Assembly: GCA_020348925.1 (NCBI GenBank)
Contig: CP070758.1
Coordinates: forward strand, 248,001 to 312,000
Length of the DNA: 64,000 nucleotides
Reading direction: 5' to 3'
Source: Gemmatimonadota bacterium
GTDB taxonomy: Bacteria > JBHIER01 > G020348925
Below, in pieces: positions 1-10,542 of the stretch. Each line of letters begins with the position of its first letter. Position 1 is the stretch's first letter. Position numbers and translations under genes: made by a program. The notes beneath the pieces were generated by a model, which saw only the letters and a list, made by a program, of their open reading frames with translations, had not been told where the DNA came from and made no database searches.

Positions 1-81
1 GAGCCGACATCAGGGTCTCGGGGACGAACCGCCCCCCGAAAGGACCGAAATGGCCCTTCTCATCCGGGCGTGTGGATTGTT

Positions 82-534
82 TCACTTGTCAGTCCCCTGT
101 TGTTTCAAATGTCCCTGCAGGGCCTGCAAACCCAACAGGTAACTGTCAGTTCCGAATCCGGATATCTGCCCCAGCGCCACCGGAGCAATGAGGGATACGT
201 GGCGGAATTCCTCCCGGGCATGAATGTTCGAAAGGTGCACCTCAACGGCAGGTACGCCCACGGCCGCCACGGCGTCACGGATGGCCACGCTGGTGTGCGT
301 GTAGGCCGCCGGATTGATGAGGATGCCATCGGCCCAATCGGCCGCCTCACCGATGGCATCGACAAGAGCCCCTTCGTGGTTGGACTGGACGATCTTGACT
401 TTCACGCCCTCTTGTTCAGCCCAATCCTGAACGGCCGCATTGATCTCTTCGAGAGTTTTTTCACCGTAAACAGCCATCTCTCTCCGGCCCAAAAGATTGA
501 GGTTCGGGCCGTGAATTAACAGAATTCGCATCAT
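82..534 (-). CDS. aroQ: Type II 3-dehydroquinate dehydratase
   Basis: [12 protein letters not shown]...[18 protein letters not shown] and [14 protein letters not shown] motifs; ATGA overlap with the aroB stop. Confidence 0.97.
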   Translation of the reverse strand: MMRILLIHGPNLNLLGRREMAVYGEKTLEEINAAVQDWAEQEGVKVKIVQSNHEGALVDAIGEAADWADGILINPAAYTHTSVAIRDAVAAVGVPAVEVHLSNIHAREEFRHVSLIAPVALGQISGFGTDSYLLGLQALQGHLKQQGTDK

Positions 535-1616
535 AGGGAACGCTCCTTCAAAGTTTTTCGTATCACGTCATCCGGCACTGTGTCGGTTATCATCACTTGC
601 CCGATCTCCCTGGGCAGCACAAACCGAACCTTGCCGTCGCGTACTTTTTTATCGTGACGGAGAAACTCGATAACAGCATCCGCGCTCACGTTCCTGATCC
701 GCGTGGGCAGATGTGCTCTCTCGATGAGGTTGCTGAGCCTCTCCGAGGTTTTGACCGACGTGACGTTCAGTCGCACTCCAATATCCGTCGCACAGATCAT
801 CCCCAAGGCCACAGCCTCACCGTGCCGGTACCGGGAATAATTTGTAGCCGTCTCTATGGCATGGCCGATGGTATGACCGAAATTCAACAGCGCTCGCTGC
901 CCCTCATCCCTTTCATCCTTGGTCACAATAGAGGCTTTGATCTCGCACGAACGTTTCACGACAGTGTGCAGTCCATTCGCCTCAAGGTTCAAGAGTGAAT
1001 CAAGATGCGTTTCGATGTATTCGAAAAGAGAGGCATCCTTGATGACACCGTACTTGATCACCTCCGCCAAGCCGGCCCTCATCTCTCTCTCAGGCAGTGT
1101 GTCTAAAACACTGAGACTGATGATGACACATCTGGGTTGATAAAAACTGCCGATCATGTTCTTCCCTCGCGGGTGATCCACAGCCACCTTCCCCCCGACG
1201 CTGGCATCCACCTGGGCCAACAACGTCGTTGGCACCTGCACAAAAGGGATACCCCGTTTGAATGTCGCCGCCACGAAACCGGCCAGATCACCGAGCACAC
1301 CTCCCCCCAGAGCGACGATTGTCGAGCTTCGATCAATTCTGTTATCCATAAGAGAATCATACAGCGTATTCGCATATTCCAGAGTCTTGTACTCCTCGCC
1401 GTCCGGAACGACTCTGGAGGATACTCCGTACCCTTCCCCATGAAATCCCTCAAGGACATCCTCCAGATACATGCTTCCCACCGTGGGATTTGTAAAGACC
1501 ATGACCCTCCCGGTAATACCATTTTTTTTCAAAAGTTCACCGACCCGGCCAAGGATGTCTCCCCCGATATAGATGGGGTAGCTCCTGTCGCCCAGTTCAA
1601 CCTGTACGTGGTCCAT
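531..1616 (-). CDS. aroB: 3-dehydroquinate synthase
   Basis: [29 protein letters not shown] and [12 protein letters not shown] motifs. Start placed at MDHVQVELG (1616), which has AGGAG upstream. Confidence 0.97.
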   Translation of the reverse strand: MDHVQVELGDRSYPIYIGGDILGRVGELLKKNGITGRVMVFTNPTVGSMYLEDVLEGFHGEGYGVSSRVVPDGEEYKTLEYANTLYDSLMDNRIDRSSTIVALGGGVLGDLAGFVAATFKRGIPFVQVPTTLLAQVDASVGGKVAVDHPRGKNMIGSFYQPRCVIISLSVLDTLPEREMRAGLAEVIKYGVIKDASLFEYIETHLDSLLNLEANGLHTVVKRSCEIKASIVTKDERDEGQRALLNFGHTIGHAIETATNYSRYRHGEAVALGMICATDIGVRLNVTSVKTSERLSNLIERAHLPTRIRNVSADAVIEFLRHDKKVRDGKVRFVLPREIGQVMITDTVPDDVIRKTLKERSL

Positions 1617-2124
1617 GGCATGACTCCTGGAGGTAACGGATGATTTTCCCCGCGACGTCTTCAACATCAAGATCGGACGTGTCAATTTCGCAGTGGGCTT
1701 GGGTGTAAAAGGGTCTTCTCTCATTCAGCAGATGCTCGATCCGTATTTTCCGGTCCCCGGTCTCAAGCAACGGTCGATGATGTGTATCCCTGGTCCTTTC
1801 CAGGATCACATCAGGCCTCGCGAAAAGGTGAATCATGCACCCCAACTTCTTCAGAGTCGCCACGTTTCGGCTATCCAGAACAACACCTCCACCTGTAGCA
1901 ACGACGAGGCCACGACGGTTCGAGATTTGGGACACGATGCCCCTCTCGACCTCCCTGAAAAAGCGCTCACCGAATCGTTCGAAGATCTCGTTCACGGACA
2001 ATTTCAACTTCTCCTCGATCAAGGAATCGAGATCCACAAAAATCATATTCAATCGTTCGGCCAGTCTCCTGCCCACTACTGTCTTTCCTGTTCCCATAAA
2101 ACCCACCAAGACAATGTTCATCAT
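1597..2124 (-). CDS. aroK: Shikimate kinase
   Basis: Walker [25 protein letters not shown] and RPLL motifs. Confidence 0.96.
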   Translation of the reverse strand: MMNIVLVGFMGTGKTVVGRRLAERLNMIFVDLDSLIEEKLKLSVNEIFERFGERFFREVERGIVSQISNRRGLVVATGGGVVLDSRNVATLKKLGCMIHLFARPDVILERTRDTHHRPLLETGDRKIRIEHLLNERRPFYTQAHCEIDTSDLDVEDVAGKIIRYLQESCHGPRTG

Positions 2125-3284
2125 GACGATGAGAACTCCCTGACCTGTTTCATATATCCATCGAAATTTCGTTTCATCTCATTCATACTGTCTCCGCCGA
2201 ACTTCTCGCACAGCGCCCCCGCGATTTCGAAGGCAACGACGGCTTCGCCGATGACGCCCATGGCCGGAACGGCGCATACGTCGGCGCGCTCCTTGTGGGC
2301 CTCGAAGGGGTCCTTGGTCCTGACGTCCACGGAGCGAAGCGGTCTCCCCAGTGTGGGGATCGGTTTCATGGCCACGCTTGTGACGATATCCTCTCCGTTG
2401 GACACCCCCCCCTCTATACCACCTGCCCTGTTGGTCAACCGGGTAAAGGTCTCGCCGTTGTGTCCGATTTCATCGTGCACCTGTGAGCCAGGCAAGGAGG
2501 CTGCCTCAAAACCAAGTCCAATCTCGACGCCCTTCACGGCCGGGATGGACACGAGGGCAAAGGCGAGCCTCGCGTCCAGCTTCCGGTCCCAGTGCGCGTA
2601 ACTGCCCAAACCCGGTGGACAACCCCGCACTCTGATCTCACAGACGCCGCCGAGGGTGTCGCCCTGGGCCAGGGCGCTATCGATGGCCGCAATCATTCTC
2701 GCTTCCGCTTCTCTGTCCGCGCACCTGAGCGGTGAGCCTTCGGCCTGTTCTCCGATGTCCGCAAAAGAGAGATTTCCACTCTCGACGGCAATTGAACCGA
2801 TTCGTACGACATGGCTGATGACGTCGATTCGAAATTCCTTCAAGAGTTTCTTCGCCACCGCCCCTACGGCCACACGGGCCGCAGTCTCTCGCGCACTGGC
2901 GCGCTCCAAAACATTCCGGATATCCGTGTGGTGATACTTCACTGCCCCTGCCAGGTCGGCGTGTCCCGGCCTCGGCCGCGTTTCAGACGGTCGTTCCCCT
3001 GATACCTGCTCCACGGACATCCTTTCCCGCCAGTTCTCCCAGTCCCTGTTGCGGATCAAAAGTGTGACGGGACTTCCGATGGTTTTCCCGAAACGGACGC
3101 CGGACAGGATCTCAATCCGGTCGGACTCGATCTTCATACGACCGCCGCGTCCGTATCCGACCTGTCGACGCTTGAGTTCATTATCGATGTCTTCGCGAGT
3201 GAGTCCCAGACCAGAGGGGATACCCTCAAGTATTGCCGTGAGATTTTGACCATGCGATTCGCCGGCTGTAAGGTACCGTAACAT
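2121..3284 (-). CDS. aroC: Chorismate synthase
   Basis: [22 protein letters not shown] and MKPIPT motifs. Start MLRYLT follows GAGGAG. Confidence 0.98.
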   Translation of the reverse strand: MLRYLTAGESHGQNLTAILEGIPSGLGLTREDIDNELKRRQVGYGRGGRMKIESDRIEILSGVRFGKTIGSPVTLLIRNRDWENWRERMSVEQVSGERPSETRPRPGHADLAGAVKYHHTDIRNVLERASARETAARVAVGAVAKKLLKEFRIDVISHVVRIGSIAVESGNLSFADIGEQAEGSPLRCADREAEARMIAAIDSALAQGDTLGGVCEIRVRGCPPGLGSYAHWDRKLDARLAFALVSIPAVKGVEIGLGFEAASLPGSQVHDEIGHNGETFTRLTNRAGGIEGGVSNGEDIVTSVAMKPIPTLGRPLRSVDVRTKDPFEAHKERADVCAVPAMGVIGEAVVAFEIAGALCEKFGGDSMNEMKRNFDGYMKQVREFSSS

Positions 3285-3335
3285 AACTGTCTCCTCATTC
3301 ATACCAAAATATCGCAACCAAGTCCTACCGCAAGC

Positions 3336-4163
3336 TTATTTTTTCGCCACATTGAAAAGTGCTCGTCTCATTATTTCCAGCGGTGCTTTCTCCCCGGTCC
3401 AGAGTTCAAAGGCCAACACACCTTGGTGGAGCAACATGCTCATTCCATTTCCGATCCTCGCCCCCTTCTCTCTGACAGCCGTAATGAATGGCGTTTCCTT
3501 TTGGTTATAAACAATATCATAGATAAGCTGTTTCTCCGAGACCAATAATGGATTTAAATCCATAGGAGTTGATGTCGTGTTCACCACGAGCTGCGCCTCA
3601 CATATTTCACTTTCAACCTGGAGATCATTCCAGGGCAAGGGACATGCTCCAACGCTCCGGGCCAATATCTCTGCTTTTTCAAAGGTCCTGTTTACGAGGG
3701 TCAATCGCTCCGGATTCTCTCGGTTCAGAGCCCAGCAAATCGCTCGGCCGGCGCCTCCTGCTCCCATAACGACGATTCTTTTACCGCGTGGATCAAATCC
3801 GTAATCATCCTTCAGAGATTTTACAAACCCTGTACCATCGGTGTTATATCCGACCAGGATCTCCTCTCTGTTGACCACAGTATTGACCGCCCCGATCTCT
3901 TTAACCTCATTGCTGACCTCGTCCAAGAGGTCCAGAGCTCCTGTCTTATGAGGATGGGTCAGGTTCACCCCGAGGAGGTTGAGGGCACGAATTCCTCCGA
4001 TGGCACCTTCGAGATTATGCCGTGCCACCTCAAAGGGAAGGTACATCATGTTCAGACCCAAGGCACGAAAGGCGGCGTTGTGCATGCGCGGTGAAAGGGT
4101 GTGCGCAACAGGATCGCCAAAGATACCGAGTATCTTAGTTGTCCCCGTCACATTGACGGACAT
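3336..4163 (-). CDS. aroE: Shikimate dehydrogenase
   Basis: HTLSPRMHN, NLTHPHK, IGAVNT, GYNTDG, GAGGAG and DIVY motifs. Confidence 0.95.
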   Translation of the reverse strand: MSVNVTGTTKILGIFGDPVAHTLSPRMHNAAFRALGLNMMYLPFEVARHNLEGAIGGIRALNLLGVNLTHPHKTGALDLLDEVSNEVKEIGAVNTVVNREEILVGYNTDGTGFVKSLKDDYGFDPRGKRIVVMGAGGAGRAICWALNRENPERLTLVNRTFEKAEILARSVGACPLPWNDLQVESEICEAQLVVNTTSTPMDLNPLLVSEKQLIYDIVYNQKETPFITAVREKGARIGNGMSMLLHQGVLAFELWTGEKAPLEIMRRALFNVAKK

Positions 4164-4740
4164 TTCGAATAAACTCCTCAATTTTGTGATGATCCTTCTT
4201 CCCCGGAGACCGTTCTACTCCTGTTGATATATCAACGGCGTACGGTCGAATTCTTCTGATGGCCTCTCCCACATTTTCAGGAGTGAGCCCGCCGGCAAGA
4301 ATGATCGGGTCCTCAATTTCTCTCACCAGATCCCAATTGAACCGCTTACCGGTTCCACCACCGCTCGATGAGTCCAGGAGGTATGCATCGACATGGTAAC
4401 GGGCGATCTCATCAATTATCGATCGATCCTTCACCCTGAAAGCTTTGATAACTCCCTTGTCAAAACCGCGACAATACTCAGGAGACTCGTTCCCGTGAAA
4501 CTGAAGGGCGTCGAGGCGGCATGACAGGGCGATCTCCCAAACCTGCTCCGCAGGCGCATCGACGAACACACCCACCGTGGTGACGAATGGTGGAATCTCG
4601 AAGATGATCTTTTTGGCATCGGCCGGTTCGATCTTTCTCGGACTGTCGGCGAAGACAAAGCCCAAAGCATCAACTCCGCATTGAACCGCCGCCAAGGCAT
4701 CCTTTAGATTCGTGATCCCGCAGATCTTGACCCGTGTCAT
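4135..4740 (-). CDS. trpF: Phosphoribosylanthranilate isomerase
   Basis: VKICGIT, LQFHGNE, GGTG, LAGGLTPENV and VDISTGVE motifs. Confidence 0.97.
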   Translation of the reverse strand: MTRVKICGITNLKDALAAVQCGVDALGFVFADSPRKIEPADAKKIIFEIPPFVTTVGVFVDAPAEQVWEIALSCRLDALQFHGNESPEYCRGFDKGVIKAFRVKDRSIIDEIARYHVDAYLLDSSSGGGTGKRFNWDLVREIEDPIILAGGLTPENVGEAIRRIRPYAVDISTGVERSPGKKDHHKIEEFIRNVRQCDGDN

Positions 4741-5501
4741 CTTCCCCGAAGCTCCCTGAGCTTGGCACCGATATCAGATGCATCCATCAGAGACTCTCCA
4801 ATCAAGACCGCATCGAACGCCGCCGCCTCCAACATGAGGATATCCTCTCGTTCCTTGAGCCCGCTTTCGCTGACAGTAATGATACCCGCAGGGATCAAAC
4901 TCTTAAGCCGAAGCGACGTCGTCATGTCAACCGTCAAAGTGGAAAGATTCCGGTTGTTTATCCCGATGACCTGAGCTTTTGTCCTCAGGACTTTTTCAAG
5001 GTCATCTTCGCTGTGAACCTCCACGAGACATGAGAGACCCACTTCCTCTGCGAGATTTAAAAAGTCGTTGATCTCCGTTCGATCCAGGATGGAAGCGATG
5101 AGTAAAATCGCATCGGCCCCCAGGGCCCTCGACTCATAAATCTGAATCGGATCGATAAGAAACTCTTTGCGCAGGACTGGCAGATCGGTCACTCCTTTCA
5201 CGAGAGCCACGAATTCATCCCTCCCGCCGAAATACTTCCGGTCAGTCAGCACCGAAATGGCGGCGGCACCATTTTTTTCGTAAATTGTGGCTATTTGAGT
5301 CGGGTCAGCCCCGCCTCGTATTTCTCCACTCGAAGGAGAGCATCGTTTGATTTCGGTGATCATTGAGATACCCTCACCTCTCAGAGAACTCGCAAAATCC
5401 CTGGTTGGAGGAAGTCCATTCAGGTCATACCTCTGGCCCTGAGTCCTCTTCCTGGCCACCTCGTCTCTCTTGTGTGCAACAATCTCATCCAGAATCGTCA
5501 T
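4737..5501 (-). CDS. trpC: Indole-3-glycerol phosphate synthase
   Basis: EIKRCSPSSG, ISVLTD, LRKEF, GINNRNL and SESG motifs. Start MTILDEIV. Confidence 0.96.
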   Translation of the reverse strand: MTILDEIVAHKRDEVARKRTQGQRYDLNGLPPTRDFASSLRGEGISMITEIKRCSPSSGEIRGGADPTQIATIYEKNGAAAISVLTDRKYFGGRDEFVALVKGVTDLPVLRKEFLIDPIQIYESRALGADAILLIASILDRTEINDFLNLAEEVGLSCLVEVHSEDDLEKVLRTKAQVIGINNRNLSTLTVDMTTSLRLKSLIPAGIITVSESGLKEREDILMLEAAAFDAVLIGESLMDASDIGAKLRELRGR

Positions 5502-5698
5502 TTTTATAATCCAGATTTCGAGGGAGAGCAAAACTCAGTTGGGTCGTCATTTCTTTTCAAAATGTGCTGCCAATTGTATAGTAATTTTTTTTGACATTAC
5601 CAACGTCTTTGCTGAAATGAATCGGATCTCTGCCTGTAATCCCACACCGTCCGATCTCGCCGTCGGCTCATAAGGACACGTGCCCTCCCAATCCTGTA

Positions 5699-5932
5699 TC
5701 AGGGAATCTCCACCGCAAAACAGGTTAAGGTACGAGTAATGCCATCCATTGTGTGGAGTTTTTCAGTGACCACATTTCGAATTGCCTCCGGATCAGCAGT
5801 TTCTATTATCGCGATGGCATCGTACATGCCGGTCAGCGAGTCGGCTACTTGCACCTCCTGCATCCGGCGAAGTTCCTTGACGACGCTGTTTACCTTACCT
5901 GCCCCTATCTCAATCAACACATAGGCCTTCAT
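5699..5932 (-). CDS. Stand-alone Lrp/AsnC ligand-binding (RAM) domain protein
   Basis: 77 aa, KAYVLIE...LTGMYDAIAIIE...GITRTLT pattern, no HTH; AGGAGG RBS. Confidence 0.85.
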   Translation of the reverse strand: MKAYVLIEIGAGKVNSVVKELRRMQEVQVADSLTGMYDAIAIIETADPEAIRNVVTEKLHTMDGITRTLTCFAVEIP

Positions 5933-5961
5933 CGCATGCACCTCCTTGTATTCGAGCTCTT

Positions 5962-6972
5962 TTAAGAATTCGTAATGACCATGAGTCTTTCCATTTTCTC
6001 AAGAGCGGCTCCGGCATCCAGGGACTTCTCCGCCAATGATATCCCCTCTTCGATACTTTGTGCCACTCCCCCAACAGCAATAGCCGCCCCCGCGTTCAAC
6101 AGGACGACATCCCTTTTCGGTCCACGCTCACCCTGGAGGATGCGCCTGGCTATCTCAACATTCTCCTCGGTATCGCCTCCTCTCAGTTGATCCAAGGACG
6201 TCCTTGAAATCCCGAAATCCTCCGGCTGAATGTAATAACTCTTTATGCCTCCAGGTGCAACCTCCGAGACTTTCGTTCTTGATGTCGTCGTAATTTCATC
6301 GAGCCCGTCCTCTCCGTGAACGACATAGGCGTGGTTGCAGCCCAGTCTGCTCAAAACGTCAGCCATCGGTTCCGTCAGGGCCTCGGCATAGACACCCAAC
6401 AACTGAGCGTTGGCCATTGCCGGATTGGTCAAAGGTCCCAATATATTGAACACGGTCCGAATACCCATCTCCCGTCTGGGACCGATGGCGTATTTCATCG
6501 CCCCATGAAGTAACGGTGCGAACAGAAAGCCCATGCCGACGTCATCGATACATTGGGCAACCACATCCGGAGGTACTTCAATATTGATTCCCAGACCCTT
6601 TAAGACATCAGCGCTGCCGCACCTGCTCGACACCGATCGGTTACCGTGTTTGGCCACTTTGACGCCTGCACCGGCGGCTACGAAGGCGCTCACCGTTGAA
6701 ATATTGAACGTCCCGCTGGCGTCGCCTCCGGTCCCGCACGTGTCAACTATGGGCCCGGTATGACTTTGAATATGGATCGCTTTGTCTCTCATCACCCTGG
6801 CGAAGCCCGTGATCTCCTCCACCGTTTCGCCCTTCAGTCTGAGGGCGGTCAGAAAAGAGGCGATCTGGGCATCCGTCGCCCTTCCTGACATGATCTCTCC
6901 CATGACGGAAGCAGCCTCTCTCTCCGTGAGGTCCGAACCCTCAACGACTTTACCTATAGTTTCCTGAATCAT
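5962..6972 (-). CDS. trpD: Anthranilate phosphoribosyltransferase
   Basis: DTCGTGGD, FNIST, KHGNRSVSSRCGSAD and GLDE motifs. Confidence 0.98.
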   Translation of the reverse strand: MIQETIGKVVEGSDLTEREAASVMGEIMSGRATDAQIASFLTALRLKGETVEEITGFARVMRDKAIHIQSHTGPIVDTCGTGGDASGTFNISTVSAFVAAGAGVKVAKHGNRSVSSRCGSADVLKGLGINIEVPPDVVAQCIDDVGMGFLFAPLLHGAMKYAIGPRREMGIRTVFNILGPLTNPAMANAQLLGVYAEALTEPMADVLSRLGCNHAYVVHGEDGLDEITTTSRTKVSEVAPGGIKSYYIQPEDFGISRTSLDQLRGGDTEENVEIARRILQGERGPKRDVVLLNAGAAIAVGGVAQSIEEGISLAEKSLDAGAALEKMERLMVITNS

Positions 6973-7041
6973 CCCTACCACTCCTTATTTCAATGAGAAC
7001 GTATTCACTCGTTTTTTCACTTCATCAGTATTGTCGACTTC

Positions 7042-7605
7042 TCATTTTTCGATAAAATTTTTCAGTAGATTCTTCCCCGTTGCGGTCAGAATCGACTCAG
7101 GATGGAATTGAACACCCTCGACCCTGTAAACCTTATGTCGAATGCCCATAATAATTCCGTCATCTGTCCACGCACTGATCTCAAAACAATCCGGCAACGA
7201 TGCTTTCTCCACTATGAGTGAATGATATCTCGTGGCCGTGAAGGGATTCTCGATGTTTTCATAAATGGTTCGGCCATCGTGGTGAATTGAGGACGTCTTC
7301 CCGTGCATAACACCATCCGCTCGCACAACTCTTCCACCAAAGGCCTGCGCTATGGACTGGTGTCCGAGGCATACACCCAAAATGGGGATCTTTCCGGAAA
7401 AGTACTTCACCGCCTCCACTGAGATCCCGGCCTCGTCTGGAGTACACGGGCCAGGCGAGATAACAATTCGATCTGGATTCGCCCTGTCAATTTCTTCAGG
7501 ACAAATCCTGTCGTTGCGGCGAACAACCACATCGATCCCCAGCTCGCCGAGGTATTGGACGAGGTTGTAAGTAAAAGAGTCGTAATTGTCAATCATGAAG
7601 ATCAT
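7042..7605 (-). CDS. trpG: Anthranilate synthase component II (glutamine amidotransferase)
   Basis: IDNYDSFTYNL, SPGPC, GVCLGHQ and QFHPES motifs; lies in the trp operon. Confidence 0.95.
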   Translation of the reverse strand: MIFMIDNYDSFTYNLVQYLGELGIDVVVRRNDRICPEEIDRANPDRIVISPGPCTPDEAGISVEAVKYFSGKIPILGVCLGHQSIAQAFGGRVVRADGVMHGKTSSIHHDGRTIYENIENPFTATRYHSLIVEKASLPDCFEISAWTDDGIIMGIRHKVYRVEGVQFHPESILTATGKNLLKNFIEK

Positions 7606-8728
7606 CGGGTACCCTGTCTTTCTCAAAGGATCTATTGACGTTCTCGACCTCGGTGAAATATTTTTCCCCTCGCTTCATTATATCGACGAACCGATCACGA
7701 TCCTTTGCCAGAACCGTTTCTGTGATTTCACTCATGGCCGCACGCAGCTGTTTATAAAGCTCTGGTGTATAAGCGTTCGTATTCTGAATTTCATAATACA
7801 GAAAAGGATTCTCAGTAATTACGGAGACAGTGGTGGCACTCTGGTGGACGAATGTTGTGCTCGCCACTTCCGAAAATGCCTTGTACGGGATGCCGCTATT
7901 CGAAAGGGTGTGGGCAAAGATAATATTCAAAATGTGCGAAAGCCCCAGTACGTAGGAAGCCAGAACGTCATGTCGTTCCAGGGGAAGCTCCACCAACGAA
8001 GCGGACGTCTCCTGAAAGAGTGCTCTGACTTCGGAGAAGGATTCCTCGTCCCCACACTCACACAGGCAGATGACTTTGTCAGAAAGCATCCGAGCCTCAG
8101 GCCCGAAGAGGGGATGAATACTGGCGACACGTAGCTGAGCTTTTCGGGCTTTCCGAATCGTTTCGAGAAGGCCGCTTTTGAGGCTGGCAATGTCGCACAT
8201 GATGCCCGCAGGTCTCAATTGCATGAGCTCTTCGTACACTCCGGGTGTCTCATCGAGCGGTGTTGCCAGCAAAATGAGTGAGGCATCGCGAACGCCGTCT
8301 TGCAACGTCTCAAAAGACGGAAACTGTGGCAGGAAACCCGCTTTATCGTAAATAGAGACGAAGTGGCCTTGATTGTGAAAGAATCGAGCAAACCACCTTC
8401 CCATTCTCCCCCTCCCCCCTACGATAAATATCCGTCCCAGGTCACCGTCGTACGTTGCGTCCCGGAGCCCCTCCTGAAACGCGCACGATTCCCGAATGAG
8501 ATGCTGCATAATCTTTCTCACCAGTTCATGAGGAAGACGAAGTCTTCGAGCCGCACGATGAGCCCGGTCGATCACATCCCTTTCGACACTCCAGTCTCGA
8601 ATGGGGATACCCATCTTTCCTTTTTCCTCTCCAACCTTTACGGCCAGTTCAAGCCTTTGAGCGATGAGCTCAAGCAGCTTCGTGTCGACTTCTTCAATCT
8701 CGGTGCGCAGTCTGTCCAACGTCTTCAT
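7589..8728 (-). CDS. tyrA: Bifunctional chorismate mutase / prephenate dehydrogenase
   Basis: N-terminal AroQ-type chorismate mutase (LRTEIEEVD...R...K...IRD..VE), then GGRGRMG Rossmann motif, DIASLK, HPLFGP and HD...LSH. Confidence 0.88.
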   Translation of the reverse strand: MKTLDRLRTEIEEVDTKLLELIAQRLELAVKVGEEKGKMGIPIRDWSVERDVIDRAHRAARRLRLPHELVRKIMQHLIRESCAFQEGLRDATYDGDLGRIFIVGGRGRMGRWFARFFHNQGHFVSIYDKAGFLPQFPSFETLQDGVRDASLILLATPLDETPGVYEELMQLRPAGIMCDIASLKSGLLETIRKARKAQLRVASIHPLFGPEARMLSDKVICLCECGDEESFSEVRALFQETSASLVELPLERHDVLASYVLGLSHILNIIFAHTLSNSGIPYKAFSEVASTTFVHQSATTVSVITENPFLYYEIQNTNAYTPELYKQLRAAMSEITETVLAKDRDRFVDIMKRGEKYFTEVENVNRSFEKDRVPDDLHD

Positions 8729-8769
8729 AGAGAGATCTCTTTCACACTCGGCCCGCACGGGTTCCTATG

Positions 8770-10230
8770 TTATATGCAATCAGCGTTCGCAGTTTCCACT
8801 GCCCGGAACAGAGCCTGTGCCTTTTGAATTGTCTCACAATACTCACGCTCCGGAACCGAATCAGCGACGATACCTGCACCCGTTTGGATATAGGCCATAT
8901 GATCCTTTATTACGATGGTCCGAATCGCGATACACATATCAAGGTTTCCGGTAAAACTCACGTAACCCACAGCTCCGGCATAGATCCCACGCCGCGCCGG
9001 CTCCAGTTCGTCAATGATCTCCATTGCCCGGACCTTCGGTGCACCGGAGACGGTACCGGCGGGAAATGTCGCCCGGAGCACATCGAAGGCGTCTTTGTCT
9101 TGGTTCAATTTCCCGACAACATTCGAAACGAGATGTATGACGTGTGAGTATTTCTCCACCTCCAAGAGTTCGGTAACCTTCACACTCCCATAGTCGCACA
9201 CCCGGCCAATATCGTTTCTACCAAGATCAACAAGCATAATATGCTCCGCTTTCTCTTTATCATCGTTTTTGAGTTCCTGTATCAATGTCTCATCTTCCTT
9301 TTGAGAATTTCCCCTGGGTCGTGTCCCGGCCAACGGCCTCGTCTCGACGAGGCCTTCTTCTACTCTCACCAACATTTCCGGGGATGAGCCAATAATGCGA
9401 ATTCGATTGAAATTGAGGTAATACATATAAGGTGATGGATTCGTCCTGCGGAGCGCGCGGAAGATCCGCAAGGGATCGAATTCGATCGGGACACTGAATC
9501 TCTGGGAGAGGACGACCTGAAACACATCTCCGGCGAATATATATTCTCTGGCTCTCTCCACCATTTTTTGAAATTGTTCGCGAGTGAGGTTCGACTCAAG
9601 GCCTGATGATTTTTCACCCCGTACGCGTCGTTTTTTCTCAGGGAACCCTTCGTGTTTAAGACGTTCAACTGTTTTCTCAACAGTCTTTAAAGCCAACAGG
9701 CCCCCTTCATACTTCTCACGCGTCCCATTGGAGATTATAGTAAGAGATTGTACCTGATGGTCAAAAACTACGACAATCCTTGGAAAGACGAGGATGCAGT
9801 CCGGGACGTCCACATCATCTGGATTACTATCTGGAAGCGCTTCAAAAAATCTGACCACATCATAACCAAAATACCCCACACCGCCACAGGCGAATTTCAC
9901 AACATCGATCGTTGCTTGCATTTGAAAACGGCTCATGAGATTTTTCAGAATCTCAATCGGATCCCCCTCCTCCTGCACCGTCCTCTCACCGTTCGAGACG
10001 GTGACAGTATCTCCCTTGCTCTGAAAAGAGAGAAACGGATCAAAGCCCAATATGGAATAGCGTGCAATTTTTTCCTCACCCTCCAGGCTTTCCAGGAGAA
10101 AGGAATATATTTTATCCGCACACAGAGCCTCATAGAGGTCAACGGGTGCGATACCATCAATTGATGTGCGCCGAACGACAGGAATTATTTCACCCCCTAT
10201 ATTCAACGCTTCAAGATCATGCCGTGTCAT
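8770..10230 (-). CDS. trpE: Anthranilate synthase component I
   Basis: LLES and NPSPYM Trp-feedback motifs, GDVFQVVLSQR, EHIMLVDLGRND, FPAGTVSGAPK and GAGIVADS. Confidence 0.97.
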   Translation of the reverse strand: MTRHDLEALNIGGEIIPVVRRTSIDGIAPVDLYEALCADKIYSFLLESLEGEEKIARYSILGFDPFLSFQSKGDTVTVSNGERTVQEEGDPIEILKNLMSRFQMQATIDVVKFACGGVGYFGYDVVRFFEALPDSNPDDVDVPDCILVFPRIVVVFDHQVQSLTIISNGTREKYEGGLLALKTVEKTVERLKHEGFPEKKRRVRGEKSSGLESNLTREQFQKMVERAREYIFAGDVFQVVLSQRFSVPIEFDPLRIFRALRRTNPSPYMYYLNFNRIRIIGSSPEMLVRVEEGLVETRPLAGTRPRGNSQKEDETLIQELKNDDKEKAEHIMLVDLGRNDIGRVCDYGSVKVTELLEVEKYSHVIHLVSNVVGKLNQDKDAFDVLRATFPAGTVSGAPKVRAMEIIDELEPARRGIYAGAVGYVSFTGNLDMCIAIRTIVIKDHMAYIQTGAGIVADSVPEREYCETIQKAQALFRAVETANADCI

Positions 10231-10260
10231 ACAGCTTTCTCTCCATTGCAACAGGAGTCA

Positions 10261-10294
10261 CAAAAAAACCCACAACCGAAATCGGATGCGGGTT
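10261..10294 (-). terminator. Attenuator terminator hairpin upstream of trpE
   Basis: Minus strand reads AACCCGCATCCGA-TT-TCGGTTGTGGGTT-TTTTT, between the leader ORF and the trpE start. Confidence 0.85.
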
Positions 10295-10323
10295 CTATTA
10301 TTTTCTCTAATGAAACCAAAATT

Positions 10324-10479
10324 TTAAATCATAAATCCCAATCCTTTCCCGGTTGGTTGTGATCGGCTGTAGTAACGCCAAGCACGCCAGCCCCAGATGC
10401 ACCAAACCCCCTTGCCCCGAGAGCGCCAATCATTTTTGTGTTCCACAACCTGATAATACAACCGAACCGAAAAAGACAT
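10324..10479 (-). CDS. Trp/Tyr-rich attenuator leader peptide (TrpL-like), 51 aa
   Basis: Hand translation MSFSVRLYYQVVEHKNDWRSRGKGVWCIWGWRAWRYYSRSQPTGKGLGFMI*; AAAGGA RBS; lies between promoter and terminator. Confidence 0.85.
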   Translation of the reverse strand: MSFSVRLYYQVVEHKNDWRSRGKGVWCIWGWRAWRYYSRSQPTGKGLGFMI

Positions 10480-10542
10480 TGTTTTCCTTTCTCATACTCA
10501 GTTTTTTATTCAAGATGCATCTCCCGATTCATCTTTCCATTA

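Noticed and set aside
5597-5671. 24-aa ORF MSRRRDRTVWDYRQRSDSFQQRRW upstream of trpC as a second leader peptide
   Set aside because: The Trp codons are dispersed, RBS spacing is poor and no terminator hairpin follows.
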